Source: a virus (Duplodnaviria; Heunggongvirae; Uroviricota; Caudoviricetes). From it: a stretch of DNA of 49,554 bases. The DNA lies in the IMG/VR virus record IMGVR_UViG_3300028048_000043; one strand, written 5' to 3'. The notes below the pieces were generated by a model. The model saw only the letters and a list, made by a program, of their open reading frames with translations. It searched no databases and was not told the origin of the DNA. This document shows, piece after piece, positions 1 through 9,923 of this stretch. How positions within the stretch are numbered: position 1 is the stretch's first letter; each line of letters starts with the position of its first letter. The position numbers were made by a program, and so were the translations under genes.

Positions 1-324
1 TTCTTGTAGATCCGGGTTGTCTGGATTTGACATTATCAAATCAACCAGCATTTCATGTATTCTCTGCTCCGAGAAATTTCCTACAATCGGCTCTTTAACA
101 ACGGGTTTAAAATCCCATGAACGATAATTAGGATCCGGCGTATCGTTTCTAGTGGCGTATTTCCACTGATACATAAATTCCTCAGGTATAACCCACATAA
201 ACTTTTTTAAGTGCCTGTCCTTACCAACGTAAGAAACAAGGAGGAACCGCTTGCATCTCCCATAACTATCATATACCGGCATTCCGTTTTTCGTTAGGTC
301 CTTTACTTCTGTATTGATTATCAT
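1..324 (-). CDS. N-terminus of a protein running off the window edge (possibly family B DNA polymerase N-terminal region)
   Basis: ATG at 324 just downstream of a TATATTTG promoter element; open to base 1 (MIINTEVKDLTKNG...RSWDFKPVVKEP). Product guess is weak. Confidence 0.45.
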   Translation of the reverse strand, partial: MIINTEVKDLTKNGMPVYDSYGRCKRFLLVSYVGKDRHLKKFMWVIPEEFMYQWKYATRNDTPDPNYRSWDFKPVVKEPIVGNFSEQRIHEMLVDLIMSNPDNPDLQE

Positions 325-387
325 TTTACACCCTTTACTACTTTTTGCAAATATACTGATAAAAAATTAATCGGAGAAGTTACCGAT

Positions 388-1413
388 TCATTTTCTGATT
401 ATTTTCAACCTGTCAATGTTTTGTTTTTCCTTTATAGCTTCTTTTACGTATTCTTCTGTTGGGGTTGGTTCAAACACGTCTACAATTGTCCCAGGCTTAT
501 TATTTTTTATCGAAATATCATAAGCTATCTTCGACGCGGTTTTCATAAACTTTGTATTGAACTCGTCTCTCTGTTTCTGCAACCATTTGGTTATCTTTTG
601 CGCAGACCACCCGTTTCTCAAAATATCCCTAAAATATGGAACAAAAACATCGATGTTTGAAAGAACAGTATTTACTACCCTGTTCAACGACTCCAGTTCA
701 GAGAATAGAGTTGTAGACTTTATAGCTTTTTCAGCCGTAACCGAATTTATTATCTTAATTCTTGAGTTTTCAAGTTCATACTGAAGTTGCGCAAATCTAG
801 CGTTTCGTTCCGGTCTCTCGAAAAAGTATAAAATAAATGACACGGCTTTCTTAAGTTTGTCAGCGTTTTTAGAAGGATCGCCCATCGCCGTCCTTATAGA
901 TCTGTTATAATCTCCGACAGCAGACGTGTGTAACCTGTTGTTTCCGTTGCTTTTAACGAAAGTCATATAATCATTATAGGCGTGCGTTAACTCATGTGTA
1001 AGCTGTCTCGCTATTTCATTTTCTAGCCCATCGTTTCTGTTCCAATTTATTATAATGAATATCTTCGGAACTATTGTATATTTTCCTGAATCTGTTTTAA
1101 CAATAGCACTCTCTTCCGGAAAGTATCTGGCTTCAGATCTTTTAAACGAAGACTTGTTATCTACAGATATGTATATATCAAAATTGGAAAAGAATTCATA
1201 ATCGTTTAATGCGTCACCATATCCAACAAACGTTCCCTCGGCTTCACCCTTTGTCTTGACTTCTTCAAAGAAACCAGACTTCTTGAGGTTATCCATAAAT
1301 TTCTGAACGAAAGTCTTCACGGATATCGAATATCCATGTACTTCATTTAGAATAAGATTATCAAATTCAGAATTTAGATGGGAAGATAAAAGATCTAAAA
1401 TTTTCATTCGCAC
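388..1413 (-). CDS. hypothetical protein with HExxH zincin-like motif
   Basis: 341-aa ORF, LTHELTHAY motif with downstream E. Confidence 0.6.
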   Translation of the reverse strand: MRMKILDLLSSHLNSEFDNLILNEVHGYSISVKTFVQKFMDNLKKSGFFEEVKTKGEAEGTFVGYGDALNDYEFFSNFDIYISVDNKSSFKRSEARYFPEESAIVKTDSGKYTIVPKIFIIINWNRNDGLENEIARQLTHELTHAYNDYMTFVKSNGNNRLHTSAVGDYNRSIRTAMGDPSKNADKLKKAVSFILYFFERPERNARFAQLQYELENSRIKIINSVTAEKAIKSTTLFSELESLNRVVNTVLSNIDVFVPYFRDILRNGWSAQKITKWLQKQRDEFNTKFMKTASKIAYDISIKNNKPGTIVDVFEPTPTEEYVKEAIKEKQNIDRLKIIRK

Positions 1414-1418
1414 CTCAT

Positions 1419-1640
1419 TTACTTTTTAATTAAATTTGGGGTTTCTTTCTTTTCTTCCTCATCTATTATGTGTTCGGCTTCAATCATACCACTCTTGAAC
1501 TGTTCAGAAAGCATCGGATGAGCATCAAGATAATGCTCAAATGCCGCTCTCATCTTATGAAGTTCGTGTATGCTTGCTTCCTTGTAAGTCAGATACAGTC
1601 CCGCTGCAATTACTATCAGTGTCAGTATTAACCAAATCAT
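1419..1640 (-). CDS. small membrane-anchored hypothetical protein
   Basis: N-terminal hydrophobic helix, packed against neighbour gene. Confidence 0.6.
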   Translation of the reverse strand: MIWLILTLIVIAAGLYLTYKEASIHELHKMRAAFEHYLDAHPMLSEQFKSGMIEAEHIIDEEEKKETPNLIKK

Positions 1641-1727
1641 TTTTATTGTCTGTTTCTCTTTTGAATGTTTTACTTTCTATGTAATTAAGCCATCCAGAAT
1701 CTCGCATGTTAAAGATGTTTTCTTTAT

Positions 1728-2357
1728 TTATGCTTCTACAGGTATGCCGTGTTCTTTAATGTGTCTTTGATAACTTATCTTTTCCTGAATCTTAAAATCG
1801 ACATCTTTCCAGGAAATTGGAGTGTAATTGTTGTTATCGACACCAACATCATATTGTGTCGGATAGCAATAACTAAGTCTTCCTTCATCAGAAGTTTTTG
1901 TGTATTTCCCAGAATGCACATGACCATACAGATTGTATGCATACGAATCTTTGTACATATCTGGATCCGCGTGTGCAAAGCAAAGAAACGGAAAATGGTT
2001 CAGGTATACCGTTCTTCCGTCAACCTGTATCCTCGCCTGATATAAAACGTCCTCGAATAATCCCCACAAGCTCTTTTGCAGATTCCTGTCATCGTGGTTT
2101 CCCCTTATAAGAACTATATGACCGTTAAGTTGTTTCGCTACACGTTCTACAACCTGAGGATTACCGAAACAAAAATCTCCAAGATGGAAAACCGTATCGT
2201 TTATTCCAACGACAGAATTCCAGTTTTCTATAAGCGCTTTATCGTGTTCTTCGATATTTGCAAACGGTCTGTTGCAAAACCGAAGTATGTTTTCATGATT
2301 AAAATGGGTATCGCTCGTGAAAAACAACCCGTCTCCAGTAAATTTCGTTATCATCAA
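1728..2357 (-). CDS. calcineurin-like metallophosphoesterase
   Basis: Motifs SDTHF, HLGDF, RGNHD, NHFP, YGHVH, DVGVD. Confidence 0.9.
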   Translation of the reverse strand: MMITKFTGDGLFFTSDTHFNHENILRFCNRPFANIEEHDKALIENWNSVVGINDTVFHLGDFCFGNPQVVERVAKQLNGHIVLIRGNHDDRNLQKSLWGLFEDVLYQARIQVDGRTVYLNHFPFLCFAHADPDMYKDSYAYNLYGHVHSGKYTKTSDEGRLSYCYPTQYDVGVDNNNYTPISWKDVDFKIQEKISYQRHIKEHGIPVEA

Positions 2358-2560
2358 TCGTCGTAATTTATTTTGTTTGGAAGAAATATGTTTGACAATA
2401 TATAATCAAACATCTTTGTAACCTCTTCGCTGTTAGGCTCCCTTCTATATTTTCTATAGAAATCTTCAATCATTCTTTTCATATAAAACCTAATGGCGAA
2501 TACAACGAGAAATAATATTATCGTTGCGGAAAAAAGAGATGCTATGATTGAATTGAACAT
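2354..2560 (-). CDS. small membrane protein
   Basis: Hydrophobic N-terminus, ATGA overlap with next gene, promoter just upstream. Confidence 0.6.
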   Translation of the reverse strand: MFNSIIASLFSATIILFLVVFAIRFYMKRMIEDFYRKYRREPNSEEVTKMFDYILSNIFLPNKINYDD

Positions 2561-2676
2561 AATCGATATTGTTTAATCTTTACTTTGCAAATATACTGAA
2601 AATATTCCATAAACAAAAAGGAGCCCGAGAAATCTCAAGCTCCTTTTATAAATTCTGACAAAACGAATCAACCATA

Positions 2677-3045
2677 TCACCAATTATCATAATTTGTTAT
2701 GTCCTTTGTTTCACCACAAACATGACATTTAGCAGTCTTTATGTATCCCAGTCCGGTTCCGGTTAAAACCAACGCGTGTTTTCCTCCAATCGCACCGCCA
2801 AAGTTCAATCCCAATCGGTCTTTTATGTGGCGATGATTTTCACAAAAATCCCAATATGCCACAGTTTCTTGTTCATCAAGCTCTATTTTTATAGGCTCAA
2901 CTTCTCTGAGTTCCTTTACTTCTTCCGGTGTATAAAAATACCTTCCGTCGCTTGAAACGTAATAGTCGTTGAATAGAGAAGTTTCATCGACTATCTTCTT
3001 AACCCATATTTTTCTTCCTTTTTCGTTTGTTGCTGAGAGATACAT
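2677..3045 (-). CDS. hypothetical phage protein with C-terminal CxxC
   Basis: 122-aa ORF ending TGTGLG...CHVCGETKDITNYDNW. Confidence 0.7.
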   Translation of the reverse strand: MYLSATNEKGRKIWVKKIVDETSLFNDYYVSSDGRYFYTPEEVKELREVEPIKIELDEQETVAYWDFCENHRHIKDRLGLNFGGAIGGKHALVLTGTGLGYIKTAKCHVCGETKDITNYDNW

Positions 3046-3065
3046 ATTTTGATGATTAGGTTTTG

Positions 3066-3154
3066 CGGAGGCGGGGCGATTCGAACGCCCGCTGCGTTAT
3101 TAGCGCACTAATGGTTTAGCAAACCATCCCCTTCAACCACTTGGGTACACCTCC
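3066..3154 (-). tRNA. tRNA-Ser(GCT)
   Basis: Cloverleaf, ATGGT-TT-GCT-AA-ACCAT, long variable arm, G73. Confidence 0.95.
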
Positions 3155-3532
3155 ATTGAAAAGAAACTATAACCAGCCTTACTTTGTCCACCCCCGCAGC
3201 AGGGTACTACGCCAGGGATATCCCACCTTTTCCGCTACGATGAATTTCACATCACTCCTATGGTTTTCACATCAGCTCGACCTTGTAATACTGCGTCCGT
3301 ACGGTATTCAATATATTCCCGTCAACTTAGACTCTTGCTGGCAGCGCACCGGCCGGCACTATAACCGCTTCGCTCACTAGGTATGCTCCGCCCATACGTC
3401 GGAAGCCTTGTTCAGACTGGTCAGTTTCTTTATGCAAATATACGACAAAAATTTCAAAGATAAAAATAAATCGTACTTCTTCGGATACCGCGACTTCACC
3501 GGTCCAAGACATCAGCTCTTCGAGTAGTGTCG

Positions 3533-3606
3533 TAGGCGATCGCAGATTTGAACTGCGGACCCCTGCCTTATCAGGGCAGTGCTCTGACCAACTGAGCTAA
3601 TCGCCT
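3533..3606 (-). tRNA. tRNA-Ile(GAT)
   Basis: CTGCC-CT-GAT-AA-GGCAG, canonical D and T arms. Confidence 0.95.
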
Positions 3607-3629
3607 ATTTTTTGTATTGTATTTATTTG

Positions 3630-3714
3630 AGTCGGAGACAGGATTCGAACCTGCGTAAGGTGTTGCCCTTATACGGTTTTGCAGACCGTTGCCTAGCCAC
3701 TCGGCCACCCCGAC
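3630..3714 (-). tRNA. tRNA-Cys(GCA) with long variable arm
   Basis: ACGGT-CT-GCA-AA-ACCGT, U73, variable hairpin TAAGG-GCAACA-CCTTA. Confidence 0.9.
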
Positions 3715-3893
3715 ATATAATCTTCCTCAAATATTCCGCGAGCGCCGGATTCATTTTGTTTCGTAGCTACATACCGACTCTCCCGCGTTTGCCAGCTCCT
3801 CCGGGTTGCACGGTCAGAAGCGCCTTCAATGTTTTGTTCTGGGACGCGGATGGAATTTTCCACTCCCTCGCAATATCCTTTTGGAAGATTTTG

Positions 3894-3978
3894 TGCAGCG
3901 AGCGAGATTTGAACTCGCAGATTCCCTTTCGAGAGCATGTCTCTGAAACATGTGCGTCTACCGTTCCGCCACCGCCGC
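3894..3978 (-). tRNA. tRNA-Leu(CAG)
   Basis: CATGT-TT-CAG-AG-ACATG, long variable arm, A73. Confidence 0.93.
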
Positions 3979-4024
3979 ATACGAAAAAAGCACGTTCTGG
4001 TGAACGCGCTAAATCCGAATCTTG

Positions 4025-4830
4025 TATAAGGCTGAGTCTTGACCTATACGCTTTCCATTTTCATCCGTTTCCGGACTAGAACACATCCCTGCTTCCAGAG
4101 ATAGGAAAGATGCAGACGGATTCTAGGTTCCGCAACCACTACACTGTGCTATATAAGGTACTTGTTTCTGCCCTAACTCCTTGCGAGATTCGAAGGCGCG
4201 ACCCTCCTATTAGTTGCATACTTCTTTCGCTTTCGGCGCTTTCCTTGCGGTACTCATGCGACCACCATATTGCAGGTGGATAACTGCATTGTCACACAGC
4301 GTGCACAGCACTTTTGCTTGATTGATAAAATATTACTTTTAAGATGTTTTGTCTCATCCATAAGAGATATCATCGCACAAGATTTGACCGTTTGAAAGAC
4401 GTGGCTGTGCTCCAATACCATACCACCTTTTGAGTGGACTAGGTATGTACGCCTTTCTGCTTTTGTCTGCCAAGACTACTCACTGTACTTCTCACGTTAA
4501 TCCTACCATTTCTGATACCAGTGCCACCTGATACATGGTATTGGCATACCACATAGGACTAGAAAATTCCTCACATGCTCTGTAAGATTGGCAATCTTTC
4601 TGAGCGTGTGCATTCCCACTGTGTCGGAGTTACCTCCCAAGCAGACGCGGTCAACGCCTGCACCTTTAGCTATCAGTCCTGCCCGGACTTACAAACCACC
4701 AAAGGCTTGAGGAATGGCTTTCGCATGGAGAGGATTTCTCCTCCGCCGAGTCGGTAATCTTGTGAACACCGAGACGACTTTACTTGCTTATGAATTCGCA
4801 AGTTATCCTATTGACGGGAAGCCCGCCATT
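4025..4830 (-). ncRNA. GOLLD-like giant structured ncRNA (boundaries approximate)
   Basis: ~800 nt without credible ORF, hairpin-rich, downstream of tandem promoters, among tRNAs; minus-strand motifs GAGTAG, GCAAAAGTG, CTCGCAAGG and terminal GACTCAGCCT that I recall from GOLLD 3' domains. Confidence 0.7.
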
Positions 4831-4835
4831 TCTTT

Positions 4836-5009
4836 TTTCAAAGAACTTCTTCTAACCTTATCAGCTATGCTGTTTCGGTTTGACTTTGCAAATATACGGA
4901 AAATATTTTGAAAAAACAAATCTTTTTGAAAATTTCTTCAAAAATTTTCGCAATCTGCGATTTTTGTCATTCGTCGACGTTTCCGTTTCAGTTTGACTTT
5001 GCAAATGTA
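4836..5009 (-). promoter_or_regulatory. tandem Bacteroidota-type promoters followed by a boxA-like site
   Basis: TACATTTG (5002-5009) and TATATTTG (4889-4896) in near-identical context (..TTTGCAAAGTCAAACYGAAAC), then AGTTCTTTGAAA at 4836-4847. Confidence 0.7.
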
Positions 5010-5099
5010 CGGTATTTATTTGAAAAAACAAAATATTTTTGCAACTTTTTTACAAAAATTTTTGCATCTTTTGATAATACGTTCATTTACAACGAATTG

Positions 5100-5501
5100 T
5101 GGAGACGGGCGGAACCGCACCGCCGTGTTCAAATCTCTTACATAACTTTCTACACGTTTATTTTCTCTTATAATTTGCTGTCAGAAAAAGAGAAACAGAA
5201 CCTGAACAGCCTTCCTTCGATTTAGCGAACATCGATACGAAGGGTTTCGATGCTGCTCTCCGGTTAATGATGATGCTTCATGTTGCAGAATATACCGAAG
5301 ACAGAAAACTTCTGATGAAGCACTCGTCCCGAAGCTGCCTTGGCTCCGATGAATTAAGTTAACCAACACAGTTGATTAAGCAGCGAGTTTGTAGTTGCTG
5401 TTGTCAGCTATTTCTTGACCACCGAGATTAACGTGCTAAATGACCGGCGCACGACGTGCTTATTGTGTTCGACAACTTGAGTCAAATTCTATATCGTCCC
5501 C
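5100..5501 (-). ncRNA. ssrA: tmRNA, tag (A)DNSNYKLAA
   Basis: GGGGACG/CGTCTCC-A acceptor stem with G3:U70, resume context ATAGCT-GAC, tag ORF 5405-5376 ending GCT GCT TAA; T-loop atypical (TGCGGTT). Confidence 0.93.
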
Positions 5502-5504
5502 AAA

Positions 5505-6440
5505 TTATTTACGTATGTTTCTTCGTTTAGCTATCAAGCTAACATAAGATTTGCTTATATTATATTTTTTAGCAATATATTTATGTTTCATTCCAGACAA
5601 ATAATCTTTAGCGAATGAATCAAGATCAATTTTCGCTATTATTGTATCTGTTCTTTGTTTTACTTTTTTGCCTATGATTCTTCCTTTAGTATAACCTTGT
5701 TTCAAATAGTTATCTAAAAGATCCGCGTTTATTTTAATTGACTTTCCATCATCAGACGTAACCCAGCATGTTCCGTATTGAGAATTTAAGACGCCTTTTT
5801 GTTTTCCACCGCTTTTTAATTTTATACGTATTTTTTCCTTCGTTTCCTCTGTGTGATGACGCCCCTTCCATATCGGTAAATATTCTCCAGATATTAGTTT
5901 AGTGTTATTCTTATCGACTAGAAAAATTTTGTTATGTTTATCTTTAACTGAAAATTTTCCTTTTGTTGGAGTAGAATATCTTTCTTTATTTTGGGCATAT
6001 TCATTGGCATCTATTGATTTAGTCTTTCCGTCATGACTATCAATAACTGTAACCATTCCTTCGCAAACACAGTGATATCTATCTCTGTTTTTATGATACT
6101 CTTCACACTTTATCAACTTTTGTTTGTTTTCGTATGAGTCTAATACCCAGATTCTATTTATATTATTAAACACTTCTCCGCCTAGAGCTATATTATAACA
6201 TGAAGAATCTTCTATCATTTCTTCATTAACAACTTCCATTTCATAATTAGCCGCATCTTCTCTTGTATTAAAATATTTTAGAATCGTTTTCTTAAAATTA
6301 GATTCTCCATATTTCTTATACGCTTGATTTAACCTTACTCCACTACCCATATATCCATCGTCTATGTTGTTCGTAGAGTGTATTCCATAATAGAATTTTC
6401 CGTTTATAATATTCTCTATTTTGTAAAAATAATGATACAT
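5505..6440 (-). CDS. GIY-YIG (Seg-like) homing endonuclease with NUMOD3 motif
   Basis: YFYKIEN..GKFYYGIHST..YMGSG; KGRHHTEETKEKI; C-terminal HTH. Confidence 0.88.
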   Translation of the reverse strand: MYHYFYKIENIINGKFYYGIHSTNNIDDGYMGSGVRLNQAYKKYGESNFKKTILKYFNTREDAANYEMEVVNEEMIEDSSCYNIALGGEVFNNINRIWVLDSYENKQKLIKCEEYHKNRDRYHCVCEGMVTVIDSHDGKTKSIDANEYAQNKERYSTPTKGKFSVKDKHNKIFLVDKNNTKLISGEYLPIWKGRHHTEETKEKIRIKLKSGGKQKGVLNSQYGTCWVTSDDGKSIKINADLLDNYLKQGYTKGRIIGKKVKQRTDTIIAKIDLDSFAKDYLSGMKHKYIAKKYNISKSYVSLIAKRRNIRK

Positions 6441-6508
6441 TTTAATTACACTTGTTCGATATTTTTATTATTTATTAAAAAAATAATTCGAACTTTTGTG
6501 TATCTTTG

Positions 6509-6580
6509 TTGCGGCGGGCAATTTCGAAATGCCGACCTGGAGGATATGAATCTCCTGCTCTGCCTCTGAGCTACACCGCA
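6509..6580 (-). tRNA. tRNA-Met/Ile2(CAT)
   Basis: Cloverleaf, loop TT-CAT-AT, T-arm GGCAT-TTCGAAA-TTGCC atypical. Confidence 0.8.
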
Positions 6581-6581
6581 A

Positions 6582-6914
6582 TTATTTTTTAAGTTCTTGA
6601 TAACCGTTATCCCTTGGATCAAAACAATCTCTTTCATACCTAGATAATCCTAACATAGCAAAATCAGGATAATCACCAATGAAGTTTCTGAATTCGATCT
6701 TTTCTGAACTTGCGTTTATGAACGATATATCATATAGTTCACCGTTATATTTACATCTATAGAATCTTCCGTAGTAATTACTAAATGAACATTCAACTTG
6801 AAGTTTTGTACCTTTCGGTATAACACATTTCTTTACATCGAAATAATGTAGTTCTCGTTCATCAAGGCTATCGGCTAAAAGAGTTATCTCTGTTACAACT
6901 GGATATTTAAACAT
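6582..6914 (-). CDS. hypothetical protein
   Basis: Start moved to MFKYP, downstream of promoter element at 6931-6938. Confidence 0.6.
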   Translation of the reverse strand: MFKYPVVTEITLLADSLDERELHYFDVKKCVIPKGTKLQVECSFSNYYGRFYRCKYNGELYDISFINASSEKIEFRNFIGDYPDFAMLGLSRYERDCFDPRDNGYQELKK

Positions 6915-6954
6915 AAGCTGTTTGTTTTTGCAAATATACTGAAAATATTCTGAT

Positions 6955-7746
6955 TTATGAACAAAATCCAAACTCTTCTTTTAATCCATTCGGTCTAGGG
7001 ATTCGTTTTCGCGTGTATACAGGAAGGACATAACCAGCTTTTCCATTCTTTTTGTCGTTCATTTCCGAATATGAATTTTCCGGTCTGTAATATATAAACG
7101 CCTTTTTCTTAAGGTTCTGAACAAAGAACTTATCGTCCCACTTCACTCCGTTCTTCTCACACCAGGATTTAAGGTTTTCTTTGCTTCGCCCATGATTGAA
7201 ACTGTATACGTCTACATTTGTCTTGTCTCTAATAAAGTCTGTCGAAATGATTAAACTTGGAAATATGCTCCAATGTCCGATTCCTTTCACCTCATGATAA
7301 AAATCATAGAATTCTTTCTTTTTATCCCAAAACGTATAACCGGAACAATAGCCGTACATTTTTATTTTTGTATTCTCGTCTATCTGTTTGTCTGTATCCT
7401 GTATAGCATCTTTAAAAACAAAGTCATCGAAATCTATTCTGGTCTCAACGATATAATCGTAATCATTATAGAATGTTTTGAAATACTCTGCTTGATCTCC
7501 CCAATGAATAAGAGTGATTGCGTAATCTTTCTTTAGTAAGAGAAAATCTACCGTATTGAAATCAACTGCCCTATTTATTAAAACAACAAGTTCAAAATCG
7601 TGAGTGGACAGATTATCCAACGTCCTTATTAGATTATTCTTAAACATATCGAACCAAGACATCAGGAATTCCCTTGTGTGCATCTCTTCTCCATATACAT
7701 CATCTATAGGAAAGTATCTAGTAATAATAAAGTGCTTCACTCTCAT
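6955..7746 (-). CDS. putative glycosyltransferase (GT-A fold, rhamnosyltransferase-like)
   Basis: KHFIITRY N-terminus, TRIDFDDFV DxD motif. Confidence 0.7.
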   Translation of the reverse strand: MRVKHFIITRYFPIDDVYGEEMHTREFLMSWFDMFKNNLIRTLDNLSTHDFELVVLINRAVDFNTVDFLLLKKDYAITLIHWGDQAEYFKTFYNDYDYIVETRIDFDDFVFKDAIQDTDKQIDENTKIKMYGYCSGYTFWDKKKEFYDFYHEVKGIGHWSIFPSLIISTDFIRDKTNVDVYSFNHGRSKENLKSWCEKNGVKWDDKFFVQNLKKKAFIYYRPENSYSEMNDKKNGKAGYVLPVYTRKRIPRPNGLKEEFGFCS

Positions 7747-7765
7747 AACGGAAACTTTGCTTTTG

Positions 7766-7836
7766 AGCCCCTAGCCGGAATCGAACCAGCATCTGAACGT
7801 TACGAAGGTCCTGTTCTACCGTTTAACTATAGGGGC
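7766..7836 (-). tRNA. tRNA-Thr(CGT)
   Basis: Loop TT-CGT-AA, acceptor GCCCCTA/TAGGGGC. Confidence 0.88.
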
Positions 7837-8091
7837 AACATTAAACGATGAATTTATGTCTACACGATCCAGGCGACACTGGACAACCTTAGGACGACGC
7901 GCTCACCCTTACGCCGCCCACAACCTTCAAGGAATTTTATTGATTGTAATCCCTTGAAATACCGGGTGGCTGCGGTGAGTCTGTGCAACCATTCTCCCTT
8001 TAACCTCGACATCAACCATCATGATATTTATCGAGGGATGTTCATCTTCTTAATTGTATTTATGTATTCCTTTTCAAAACAATCTAAATTG

Positions 8092-8165
8092 TACCCCACC
8101 TGGGATTCGAACCCAGAAACACAACATCCTAAATGTTGCGGCTATGCCAATTCGCCTAGCGGGGC
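8092..8165 (-). tRNA. tRNA-Leu(TAG) with short variable loop
   Basis: CAACA-TT-TAG-GA-TGTTG; variable region only TGTTT. Confidence 0.88.
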
Positions 8166-8638
8166 ATATAAAGAACAGGTAAAGAAAGAATCTCGTGTAT
8201 CGACCGACATGCCAATATAGGCATCACTTCGCTTATATCAATCTTTCCGCATTTTCTAAAAGATTATATCTCCCTTCATCGCGTCTGTTCTTATAAAACG
8301 GATGTCTTAAAACGGATGTCTGATTAAGCAGCGGACGCTAAACGGTCAGCGCGTATGTGTACGTGTGCATGTCTGTCCGGACGGCCGCCTCACCACAACA
8401 CATCGTGTCCCGCAGTGTTTCAGCGGGCAATCAGGGTGCTTAAATCACTTGATGAAATTCCCTTCCCTACCTTAGATCCTTTGTTAAGGAATTTCGACAC
8501 CTATTAAAAATAACTCCGGGCGAAGGCTTGCACGATCGCTACTGTCCTTAGTCTGCTTATTAGGCACGTTTGGCGGCGGAGTTATATTTCGTTTCTATTA
8601 TATTTGAAATTAACTAACGAATCAAATACGAACTATCG

Positions 8639-8712
8639 TACTCCTAACGGGACTCGAACCCATATCTCTGCCGTGAGAGGGCAGCCACCTAAGCCATTAG
8701 TAAGATAGGAGC
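8639..8712 (-). tRNA. tRNA-Glu(CTC)
   Basis: CTGCC-CT-CTC-AC-GGCAG. Confidence 0.92.
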
Positions 8713-8833
8713 ATAAATTAAGACCTACAGACTACTAACAATCGATTCATTTCTCGTTGTTCCACAACTGCTAGCACATGACTTACCGCTGAACATCGTC
8801 TCAGATTCTTGCGTACATGCGTCTTAATTTTAG

Positions 8834-8906
8834 TGGAGGTAAGGGGACTCGAACCCCTGACCCCCTGCTTGCAAAGCAGGTGCTCTACCAGCTGAGCTAT
8901 ACCCCC
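8834..8906 (-). tRNA. tRNA-Ala(TGC)
   Basis: Canonical, G3:U70. Confidence 0.97.
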
Positions 8907-8952
8907 ATAATCGGAGCGCGTCGTTTAAAGTCTCCTGCTCCGCAATGACAAT

Positions 8953-9027
8953 TGCATCTCGTAAGGATTTGAACCTCACTTCCGGATTTTTATTCCAGCG
9001 TGCTAACCTGATTACACCATAGAGACT
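8953..9027 (-). pseudogene. tRNA-like element, loop ATAAAAA, imperfect acceptor stem
   Basis: D arm GTGT-AATCAGGTTA-GCAC, stem CTGGA/TCCGG, T arm TGAGG-TTCAAAT-CCTTA. Confidence 0.65.
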
Positions 9028-9198
9028 CTGTTTTTTCACAGACACACCAATGCGCTTCGAATCACAATGATATGCCACCAAGTTTATAGTATTATAGACG
9101 ACCTAACGTCCACGCCATATTGCTTGCAAGACTTACTGGCATTTATGTTGAGCCCAGCGACAAACTTGGAAACGCAATTTGAGGACTCTAACATATTG

Positions 9199-9271
9199 TG
9201 CATCCGACAGGACTCGAACCCGCACTCGCATATTTTAGGGACATGCTGCCCAACCATCGGGCTACGGATGC
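9199..9271 (-). tRNA. Arg-like tRNA body with ambiguous anticodon (CTA in a 7-nt loop, or CCT in a 9-nt loop)
   Basis: GCATCCG/CGGATGC-A; GCATGT-CCCTAAA-ATATGC. Confidence 0.7.
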
Positions 9272-9319
9272 ATTTTCTGGTTGTTTCGGACAGCCAGAAA
9301 ACCGCAAAGACAACTAACG

Positions 9320-9637
9320 TCAGGCTACAAGTTTGTAATTCCTGAACATTGTTCCGTCATCCTCCACCGCAATCGAAGTGAGCTTTCCTCCAAGGTCAGG
9401 TTCCTGAAAACAGGAAAAATCCTTGTCATTCATTCTCAACCTATATCTGACTTTCTCAACGTTTCCGTAAAGATATATCAGATAATTGTTCTTCCATTCA
9501 CTGTCTGGATGATCCAGAAGAAACTGGGCTACAGCGTGACCGCCTTGAACACACCCGTAAACGGGTGACAAAGACTCGTCAATTATGACGTAAAGTCTTT
9601 TAGGCTGCTGTGGAAGACTCGAACTTTGATTCATCAT
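9320..9637 (-). CDS. peptidyl-tRNA hydrolase 2-like protein
   Basis: LYVIIDESLS..VQGGHAVAQF..FQEPDLGGKLTSIA pattern of PTH2-family proteins. Confidence 0.78.
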   Translation of the reverse strand: MMNQSSSLPQQPKRLYVIIDESLSPVYGCVQGGHAVAQFLLDHPDSEWKNNYLIYLYGNVEKVRYRLRMNDKDFSCFQEPDLGGKLTSIAVEDDGTMFRNYKLVA

Positions 9638-9923
9638 ACTCGTTCAAGTATTTTTCGAAGACGTAAGAACCGAAAATTGAATTCCAATCCTTATCAATCT
9701 CCTTCATAAACGCCTCGTCTTTACCGCGAAGATACGCGTAAACGAGATACTTTACTCGAAGTTCATACCTATTTGCTTCGTGCTTCCAGGTAGCGGAACA
9801 TGGATCTGTCGTTCTGACGAACCCTTCCGGGAGATGAACCGTTTTTCTGTTGAGTTTCATTACTTTCTGCTCTTCTACGAGAGACTTGATGTTGTTCTTA
9901 AGCGCTAAGATATTTGCTTTCAT
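9600..9923 (-). CDS. hypothetical protein overlapping the PTH2-like gene
   Basis: 107-aa ORF, LRVKYLVYAYLRGK. Confidence 0.75.
   Translation of the reverse strand: MKANILALKNNIKSLVEEQKVMKLNRKTVHLPEGFVRTTDPCSATWKHEANRYELRVKYLVYAYLRGKDEAFMKEIDKDWNSIFGSYVFEKYLNEYDESKFESSTAA

Noticed and set aside
8294-8400. 14-bp tandem repeat and a 12-nt match to the tmRNA tag end (GCTGCTTAATC)
   Set aside because: No tRNA-like ends or start codon for a second tag; could be chance.
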